Below are positions 17,181 through 24,332 of a stretch of DNA of 30,496 nucleotides, piece after piece (position 1 is the first letter of the stretch; the number at the start of each line of letters is the position of its first letter). Both the position numbers and the translations under genes were made by a program. Origin of the DNA: a virus (taxonomy: Duplodnaviria; Caudoviricetes). Location: positions 1 to 30,496 of the IMG/VR virus record IMGVR_UViG_3300005805_000313; one strand, 5' to 3'. The notes under the pieces were generated by a model that saw only the letters and a list, made by a program, of their open reading frames with translations, ran no database searches and was not told the origin of the DNA.

Positions 17181-20100
17181 GTGATGCCACTGGCAGCAGC
17201 AATGCTGGCGCCCACACCACTGCCAGGAGCACTGCGTAGATTGGTGCTGGTCAATGCTTCAATTACATCTATGTTGTCAATGGTTGCTCCATTGGCAAAA
17301 ATTTCATTGGGCTGACTGCGAATTTCATACAGATCACCAAAACTCTTTTGCTGATCTAGTGGCACCAACACCACAGAACTAATGATAGATCCCAATTGAC
17401 TGTGCAAATACGCTGCCAGTTCTGAGAAGTAAAAAGTGTCACCAAAGTTCCATTTGTCTATGCTGAAATACGCATTCATTTCTGCCAACACAGCACTTTT
17501 GATTTCACTGGTACTGGCTGTTGAATTCTGCGCACGTATGACCTTGATAGTGGCTCGCAACGCTTGTGCTGCCTTGGGTCCAAACAAAGGCTTGAATACC
17601 ACTGAATTGATCACTATGTTGTCTGAAATCATTTTGTAGTCTTGCAAGTTTTGATATTCAGTGGTGAGTTCATCAATGGTGGGCATGTCTGGTTCAATCA
17701 CAGTGCCTGTGGTGTCACGCAACCAGTTTTGATAGGCAGTGTAATAACTCAGTGTGACCACATACAAGTCAATGATGTTGGTAGTGCCCGGGTCAATTCT
17801 GTTGGTAAGTGGACTGTTGTGACGGTACTGAAAATACAAACCTTGTCTGCCAGTTCTGGCTATCCATCCTGATACCGCCACAATGGTACGCACTCCTGTG
17901 ACTGAAATGCTGAGTTGATAAAAGGCATCTTCTTCATAGGCGTAAAACACTTGTCCGGGAGTCCATTCAGTTTTGGCCAACTCAATTTCATCCAAGGTAC
18001 CGTAATCATAGATCACCCGACCTTGTTCAACCAACAAATAGCGTTGCAGGTTGTCAAAATCCACTGTTAGTTGCAAGAACACATAGGGTCCTGCTATGGT
18101 AGCAGCACCTACAACTTCATCAAAAAAGTCAGGGTTGTCAGGTACACCGTCATTGTCTGCGTCACGATAACTGACCAAGACCTGGAAGTCGTCTACATAG
18201 CCGTCGCTTTCAACAGGTTGTCCAATGATCGTGGTATAGATGTCACCAGGCAAGGATTCTGTTGAGTTGGGCTGTGTGTTCACTGCCAAGATGTTGACAA
18301 AATCTTTGATGATGGTACCTGTGCGACTGTCGTAAACCAGTTGATCATCATAGAAGAAGAAACGTGTTTGTAGCACTGAACCAAAGTTGTAGGCCAGACC
18401 ACGGAATGTGATTGTGTAGTTTTGATTTTGAACCACAAATGATATCATCCAAGATGAGTCTAGTCCAGGTGCATTTTGATCAGCATACTGTTGACTCCAG
18501 GCTGCTATTGTGGTTCCATTGCTTTCATACACCTTGAGATTGGTGCTGGTTATGATGTACCAGGTGTAAGGTGTGCCGGTGATGTCACCATTGCTGTCAT
18601 AGCCCAGACCAAAATTGCGATTCAACAAGATCTGTTCGGTCATGGCCTGTTCCACAGAGTTGGGCAAGTCTGTCACAAACAGTGGAATAATTGTGTCTAC
18701 AATGGCGCCAGTGGGCACAAAGTTGTTGATTGTCACAGGGCCTGCACCTGAACTCAAGTTGCCCAGGCCACCGTTGTAACCATCGCCAATGATGGCTTGT
18801 GGGCTAGCCCAAATCTCCACACGTTCATCTGCGCGAGTGGCTGTGCCTTGCACCAGTCTGTTGTTGCGATCAAAGTAATAACCCGTGGGTGGCACAAATT
18901 TGATCAATGCTCCTGGAATCACATACTTGAACATTGTTGTAGTACTGTCGCCCACAGGGATAGGAGTGCCATTAGGCCAGACAGCACTGGTTGTGGTGTT
19001 TCTAAAATAGCCAGTGGTTTCATTGGCCATGGTGGTGCTTTGATTCCAGGTGTACCCCGCCAACCATGTCACACTGACTGGCACTGTGGTACTGGTCACT
19101 CTGGGAAAGTTTTCGTAGTAAAACTGTTTCACAGTGGGCCCAATCAAGGCAGGTTGCACTTGATTGGTTATGACATCAGCAATGTCGTTGCGATTGTTCC
19201 AAGAAAACAATATGGTAGGCAAGATGTTTTGACGCCACAACGCACCATCGCTGGAAAAAGTGTTGGTTGATGAATATTTGCCTGTGTTGTCCACAAGGTC
19301 AAGGTAACGACTGGTACCAATTGACGCACGATTCAGGGCCTTTGACTTGATGATCGAGTTGTATTGTGTGTAAGGAAACAGGTTGTAGTCTTCACCATTG
19401 ACCATGCGGTTCTGTGTGTAGTAACGAGCAGGAGCACGTTGTTTGATTTCAGCAATGGGCTCACGTGCCTGACTGTTGCTCACAGGACGAGTGATGCCGC
19501 AGGTAAATGTAATGGTTTGCAGGTTACCGTTGCGATCAGTGTAGGTAATGGGCAACACCACATTTTGCATTTCCTCAGGATTGATGATGTATTGCAGGCC
19601 ATTTGATGCACGTACATACGCACGGAACAAGCCCACAGGAATTTCACTAAACACACCATCACCAAATACCATGGTGATTTGATCATTGGCTCTGGAAGTC
19701 ACACTGTAGATAGGCTGCAACACATTGTCGCGTTGTGCTGCCGCGGTATAAACATTGTCCACATACTGCCACTCACGACTCACTGTGCCCACATTGTCTA
19801 ATTGAAACAACCAACGGTCTGTGTTGTTGACTCCTTCAATGTTGATGTCTACAGTGCGGTTGGCAATGCGTTCAGCCAGGTTGAAGTCTTGATTCTGCAG
19901 CACACCTTGTTTGAACAAGAAAAAATAACCTGTGTTGGCTGATTGAAATCCCAGTTGGTCGTTTCTAAACAGCACATTGAACACTGTGTTGGGTTGTGGT
20001 GCTGGTTCATACACAAAGTCTCGGCCCACTGAAGTGCTGGTGGTGGCTTCAAACGGCATGTTTACACCGTCCACGGTGGCGGTGTAAGGAATCACAGGCA

Positions 20101-20686
20101 AAAATCCTGGCACCAGGTTGATGGCATATTCGTCAGTTCTCACACCCAAGATGGTTTGCCGATTGCCCGGGCGACCTACTTTTTGGCTGTCTACCAGAGC
20201 AGCATTGATGATGGCAGTGAACTGTTCTTGCCAGTCCACATTGGTGGGGTCGGCCCAGTTGACGGTGACATTGCTGAGGTTGACACCATTGTAGTCCACA
20301 ACATTTTCAGTGGTTGTGACATTGAACACTTTGAGATAACCTTCGGCTGCGGTGTTGCGCTTGGCGGTGTAACTCACAAGATTTGCAAGGCGTACCACTG
20401 AGTCTCTGCGTTCAGCAGTGTCTATGTAGTTTTCACGGGTGTTTAAGTCTGTGCGAAACGCCAGTGCTTGGCCCATAAAGGCCATGACATCCAGCAAGGC
20501 AATGAATTCTGATGATTCAATGTAGTCATTGAATGTTTCGGGATAGTACAGGCGCAAGTAATCAACAAAACTTTTGCGCAGAGTTTCAAAATCATAACTT
20601 TGAAAGTCGGCTTCGCGATAGGTTTGGTAAATTTGTTTCCAATCCTCTACGCCAAATATTGCTGTTTGTCTTGTGGTTGTGGCCAT
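17117..20686 (-). CDS. gp6: Baseplate wedge subunit, T4 gp6 / baseplate J family (1189 aa)
   Basis: The N-terminus DFETLRKSFVDYL...FNDY...LLDVMA...ENYIDTA-RRDSVVRLANLVSY and the internal FGDGVF and EPIAEIK-RAP-YYT-NRMV-GEDY are gp6 hallmarks. Follows gp25 and ends in a Gly-rich tail. Confidence 0.92.
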   Translation of the reverse strand: MATTTRQTAIFGVEDWKQIYQTYREADFQSYDFETLRKSFVDYLRLYYPETFNDYIESSEFIALLDVMAFMGQALAFRTDLNTRENYIDTAERRDSVVRLANLVSYTAKRNTAAEGYLKVFNVTTTENVVDYNGVNLSNVTVNWADPTNVDWQEQFTAIINAALVDSQKVGRPGNRQTILGVRTDEYAINLVPGFLPVIPYTATVDGVNMPFEATTSTSVGRDFVYEPAPQPNTVFNVLFRNDQLGFQSANTGYFFLFKQGVLQNQDFNLAERIANRTVDINIEGVNNTDRWLFQLDNVGTVSREWQYVDNVYTAAAQRDNVLQPIYSVTSRANDQITMVFGDGVFSEIPVGLFRAYVRASNGLQYIINPEEMQNVVLPITYTDRNGNLQTITFTCGITRPVSNSQAREPIAEIKQRAPARYYTQNRMVNGEDYNLFPYTQYNSIIKSKALNRASIGTSRYLDLVDNTGKYSSTNTFSSDGALWRQNILPTILFSWNNRNDIADVITNQVQPALIGPTVKQFYYENFPRVTSTTVPVSVTWLAGYTWNQSTTMANETTGYFRNTTTSAVWPNGTPIPVGDSTTTMFKYVIPGALIKFVPPTGYYFDRNNRLVQGTATRADERVEIWASPQAIIGDGYNGGLGNLSSGAGPVTINNFVPTGAIVDTIIPLFVTDLPNSVEQAMTEQILLNRNFGLGYDSNGDITGTPYTWYIITSTNLKVYESNGTTIAAWSQQYADQNAPGLDSSWMISFVVQNQNYTITFRGLAYNFGSVLQTRFFFYDDQLVYDSRTGTIIKDFVNILAVNTQPNSTESLPGDIYTTIIGQPVESDGYVDDFQVLVSYRDADNDGVPDNPDFFDEVVGAATIAGPYVFLQLTVDFDNLQRYLLVEQGRVIYDYGTLDEIELAKTEWTPGQVFYAYEEDAFYQLSISVTGVRTIVAVSGWIARTGRQGLYFQYRHNSPLTNRIDPGTTNIIDLYVVTLSYYTAYQNWLRDTTGTVIEPDMPTIDELTTEYQNLQDYKMISDNIVINSVVFKPLFGPKAAQALRATIKVIRAQNSTASTSEIKSAVLAEMNAYFSIDKWNFGDTFYFSELAAYLHSQLGSIISSVVLVPLDQQKSFGDLYEIRSQPNEIFANGATIDNIDVIEALTSTNLRSAPGSGVGASIAAASGITSSGGSGNGGGGSGGGGGGGY

Positions 20687-20705
20687 GGTTCTCTCGTCTG
20701 TGCTT

Positions 20706-20713
20706 TATTTATT
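20706..20713 (-). promoter_or_regulatory. Late-promoter-like motif AATAAATA inside a 7-bp inverted repeat
   Basis: Intergenic, 19 nt upstream of the gp6 ATG and followed by a purine-rich GAGAG. Overlaps TTTATTT-N6-AAATAAA (20704-20723). Confidence 0.6.
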
Positions 20714-20732
20714 GAGAAATAAAACGGCGCAG

Positions 20733-21107
20733 TTATACGTAACTGGCATTGCGAGTGGTTTCGTCAAAGAATATGCTGAGTATTTCTGCGTTGGTGGTGT
20801 TGATTACTGTGATTTCCAACTGTATCAATATGCCATTTTGTTGCGGAAACACCTGTATGTCATTGATGGTGAGTCTGGGATCGCCGCCGGCCACACGCTG
20901 TATTTCGGCTCGCAGATCTTCTTGCAGTTGTTCCACTTGATTTTCAAACAAAAAACTGTAAATGGTGGTGCCATAGCCAGGACGGCCAGGTAACTCACCT
21001 TGACGAATGTTGAATGCATTTAGTAGGTCGCGCTGAATCAAGTCAAAGTCAGTGAGTGTGAACTTTTTGTTTTGGTTTATGGTGTTGAAGCCGATAAATG
21101 TGGTCAT
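20733..21107 (-). CDS. gp25: Baseplate wedge / sheath-initiator protein, gp25 (GPW/gp25) family (124 aa)
   Basis: LTDFDLIQRDLLN-F-IRQGE---RPGYG--I---LFE...DPRL matches the gp25 pattern (GER---P-FG--L---LFE...EPR). Size and position just before gp6 fit. Confidence 0.92.
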   Translation of the reverse strand: MTTFIGFNTINQNKKFTLTDFDLIQRDLLNAFNIRQGELPGRPGYGTTIYSFLFENQVEQLQEDLRAEIQRVAGGDPRLTINDIQVFPQQNGILIQLEITVINTTNAEILSIFFDETTRNASYV

Positions 21108-21112
21108 GTGTA

Positions 21113-21120
21113 TACTTATC
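21113..21120 (-). promoter_or_regulatory. Late-promoter-like variant GATAAGTA
   Basis: Contains the TAA stop of the 569-aa gene and lies 5 nt upstream of the gp25 ATG, which has no Shine-Dalgarno. Confidence 0.45.
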
Positions 21121-22825
21121 CACCCTTGATTCTGCGCAAGTTGGGCAAATACAACGTTCGGATATCGCTGATCAATGCCAGTATTGTGGCCAACAGTTCG
21201 TCAATTTCTCTAGCAGCGTCAGGCACAGGATTTGGCAGTTTTGCAATGTCAGTTTTTTGTATTTGCGCTCGTTTGGCCAGATCATTTAATTTTTTAACCA
21301 CTTCTGTCAGCAGTGCTGCCTTGGCATCAGCATTGCTGGCTGTGGTTTCAGTGGCATTCACTTCGTCTAATTTTTTCTGTTGATCTTTCAGCAATCGCAC
21401 TATTGCTTGTTGTTCACCAAATAAACTGCCGGGCAGTCGTGGAGTTGTGTCGTTGTAGTCAATGGCAGGTATTTTGTCATTGCCAAACACTCGGCCCAGT
21501 GCAGCAGACACTGTTTCACGATTGACTGTGTCAGTGGCTTCGCCTGGAGGTGCTTCTTGTAACACAGCATCATTGAGTTTTTCTTCTGCTGTGCCAATGG
21601 CAAATTGTGCTTCTTTGAATTTGGCATCAAAGTCAGCCTGTTTGTCTGGTGGCAATTGTCCACGAATCCAGTCAGCACCGGCTGCTGAATCCTTGGCAAA
21701 CACTGATGATATCCCACCAAGTTCTTTGGCATTGAGCGCATCCAGCGGCACCCCAAATGAACCTGCTGTGGCCAGGCCCGAACTCATTAAATTTTGTTGT
21801 GTCAAATTCTGTACAGCAGGACTGTTTAATAAACTGTCAAGGTCGGTGATGCCACCGGCACCGGTCCACACAGCAGGACTTTTCAACACTGATGTCAAAT
21901 CATTGGATCCTTGATTGAGAAACGTGCTGGCCGTTCCTGGTTTTAATAACCCTGCTGTTTCCAACTGTGTGGCATCAAATCCGAACTTGCCAACTCCTGC
22001 TGCATTGGTTATTTGATCAAAATTTTGGCCGGTGGCTGCGCTAACTGACGCCATGGTGGCGCGAACATCCGTGGTGTCAAGTCCAGACATGGGCATGACT
22101 GCTGTGGCGGTGGTGGCAAAGTCCGCCACATCAATGCCATTGGTCACTGGTACACCAAACAAAGCGCCAATTTTGGCTGAGGTCTGTTGCAGTATGGTAC
22201 CACCATTGGTGATTCGACTTTGCAAATTGCCGGTGTTGCCGGCGGCCAATGACTGTTTGGCGCTTTCGGCAATGCTCACAAATTCATTTTGTACTCCTTG
22301 GTCTGTGCCAGGGAATCCTGCAAACCCTTGACTGATTTCTGCTCGGGCAGCCTCCAGCCCATCAGCGGCCTGTGTTTGTGCGCTGAGTATGTCGCCTGAT
22401 TGAAATCCAGTGAGACCACCGGCTGCTGCTTGCTTTTGAAAGATAGCAAATGCCTGCTCACGAGTCATGTTTGGTGGACCCGTGACTTCAAACGTTTTTG
22501 ATGTCTGATCTGGATCGCTGATCAATCCAAACTTTCTAGCCAGTCTTTCACCTTCGGCCCGCTCTTCAGGCGTGGCTTCTCGGGCCGGTGTTGTGGATTG
22601 AGCACCGCCTCGACCGGCGTTGAATGTTCTGCCGTCATCCACAGGTCTAGGATTGGGCAAGGGACTGAGTCCTCGACGCAGTCGTTCATTGTTCACACGA
22701 TCCCATACTATGGGATCATTGCCTGAATAAGTTAATTTATCATCGGGTGTGCCGGAAGACAATCGTGATTCAAATGAACCAACTGATCCTTGAAGACTGT
22801 CAAGATCAAAAGTAAATGTGCTCAT
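21116..22825 (-). CDS. Spike-associated protein with a central, probably inactive lysozyme/lytic-transglycosylase-like domain and a C-terminal helical bundle (569 aa)
   Basis: ATGA-coupled to gp5. The segment DVRATMASVSAATGQNFDQITNAAGVGKFGFDATQLETAGLLKPG...WTG...LLNSPAVQN follows the lysozyme-superfamily pattern helix-(ES)...G(K/R)YQF...P--Q, but lacks the E and YQ. The C-terminal ~100 aa is heptad-rich. Confidence 0.5.
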   Translation of the reverse strand: MSTFTFDLDSLQGSVGSFESRLSSGTPDDKLTYSGNDPIVWDRVNNERLRRGLSPLPNPRPVDDGRTFNAGRGGAQSTTPAREATPEERAEGERLARKFGLISDPDQTSKTFEVTGPPNMTREQAFAIFQKQAAAGGLTGFQSGDILSAQTQAADGLEAARAEISQGFAGFPGTDQGVQNEFVSIAESAKQSLAAGNTGNLQSRITNGGTILQQTSAKIGALFGVPVTNGIDVADFATTATAVMPMSGLDTTDVRATMASVSAATGQNFDQITNAAGVGKFGFDATQLETAGLLKPGTASTFLNQGSNDLTSVLKSPAVWTGAGGITDLDSLLNSPAVQNLTQQNLMSSGLATAGSFGVPLDALNAKELGGISSVFAKDSAAGADWIRGQLPPDKQADFDAKFKEAQFAIGTAEEKLNDAVLQEAPPGEATDTVNRETVSAALGRVFGNDKIPAIDYNDTTPRLPGSLFGEQQAIVRLLKDQQKKLDEVNATETTASNADAKAALLTEVVKKLNDLAKRAQIQKTDIAKLPNPVPDAAREIDELLATILALISDIRTLYLPNLRRIKGG

Positions 22826-24324
22826 AGTGCTTTGATCACCACTCCTGCTGGTACAACCGGTGCACCCGGAGGCGGCGCCGGCTTGCCTGGTTCCAGTTTA
22901 ACCTTGACATCAACTCCCAAGTTGTGATAAGGATAAGGTTCATGCGTGGGTGCTCGGGGCACAATGGTTTCCAAGGCATCATCTTTGACTTGCCAGCCTT
23001 TGGCAGTGTCAAATTCTGTATCTGCCAACAAGATCTTGGCAATGGGCTTGGGTGCTGTGACTTCGGGTGCTGCTGGACCATTTAAATCAATGCCGCCGGC
23101 TGTGAACAACAATGCATCACCACCGTTCCATGACCCTGAAGCACTGTTCAATGCCATGGTACCATCGGCCTTGACACCAATGGTATTCTTGCTGTAGATT
23201 TTGAAATTGTTTTGTGCAGTAATGCTGAGGTCAGTCATGGCTTCCACGGTCATGGCATTGGCAGTTTTGACCTGGATGTTGCCACCTGCATACATGTTGA
23301 TGTCTCGGTCAGCATGCATGTTGATGTCTCCCTGTGTGCGAATGTTCACTGAGTTGGTTGAAAACACATCCACAGTGCCTTCGCGTCCAAACTCCAACCA
23401 TGTTTGTCCATTGGCATGTGTGATGTAGAAAAAATCACCCGAGTCATTCATGGTGATCTGATGACCTTTGGGAGTTCTCAATCTAAACAAAGCATTTTCA
23501 CCATTGATGTCGCCGTCATCCATGACCAAGGTGTGGCCTCCCATGCGACCTATAACTTGAGCATCTGAGGGGTTGAGTTGGTTGTTTTGAATTTTTTGTA
23601 GTATGTCTTTGGGCGTCATGCCACCGTTGTACACAGGTACGCCCGGAGTACTGACACCAAACACCGTGCTGGGTGATTCTCGTTGGCTGGTGGATCTTAT
23701 GGGTCCACGTTCAGTGTCTTGGTTGAGTCCTTGTTGAAACAACACACCAGCAGCCACGCTGTGTACTGGTTTGCGTTGATCAAAAAATCTACTGGAATTG
23801 ACAAAGGCAGGATTGTTGGTGTTGATTTCTGTCACCGGCAAATAAGCATCGTCGGTAAAGTATGTTTCTTGATTTTTGTTGGTGGTCACGTATTGGTTAC
23901 TGCTGCCCACAGCAGGTACCATGTGTCCCACTCCCACATCCGGCACCACACCAATATAGTAACCCAGTTGACGATCACCATTGGCAAACACACACAGCAC
24001 CGTGATGCCAATGTCTGGCGGAGTAAACCACATGCCATAGGCATTTTGATTGCGTGTGTAATCACCCACACCGGTGTTGGGAATGTTGCCTTGTGGAGTA
24101 TACCCGTAAAATCCCGGCAGGTATCGCACTGTGGTCCATTTGCTGCTGTCTTCAGCATTGCCACCAGAAAAAGTTTCAATGTAAACTTGCAAACGTCCGC
24201 TGCGTGTGGGATCCACGTTGTTTTTCACAACCCCAATGAATGGTCCAAACTCCGCAGGGTAACCACCACGATCCAGTTTGTAGTTTGACGGTCTACCTCG
24301 GCTGCGTTGTATCTCTTCTGACAT
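22822..24324 (-). CDS. gp5: Central baseplate spike, gp5/VgrG/gpV-like (OB-fold plus beta-helix, no internal lysozyme; 500 aa)
   Basis: GVVKNNVDPTRSGRLQV and PPDIG--VLC-FANGD are OB-fold hallmarks. GHTLVMDD, RTPKGHQITMND and 8-residue repeats (DINMHADR-DINMYAGG-NIQVKTAN) fit a triple beta-helix that ends at IDLNG. Confidence 0.88.
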   Translation of the reverse strand: MSEEIQRSRGRPSNYKLDRGGYPAEFGPFIGVVKNNVDPTRSGRLQVYIETFSGGNAEDSSKWTTVRYLPGFYGYTPQGNIPNTGVGDYTRNQNAYGMWFTPPDIGITVLCVFANGDRQLGYYIGVVPDVGVGHMVPAVGSSNQYVTTNKNQETYFTDDAYLPVTEINTNNPAFVNSSRFFDQRKPVHSVAAGVLFQQGLNQDTERGPIRSTSQRESPSTVFGVSTPGVPVYNGGMTPKDILQKIQNNQLNPSDAQVIGRMGGHTLVMDDGDINGENALFRLRTPKGHQITMNDSGDFFYITHANGQTWLEFGREGTVDVFSTNSVNIRTQGDINMHADRDINMYAGGNIQVKTANAMTVEAMTDLSITAQNNFKIYSKNTIGVKADGTMALNSASGSWNGGDALLFTAGGIDLNGPAAPEVTAPKPIAKILLADTEFDTAKGWQVKDDALETIVPRAPTHEPYPYHNLGVDVKVKLEPGKPAPPPGAPVVPAGVVIKAL

Positions 24325-24332
24325 GTGTGACC

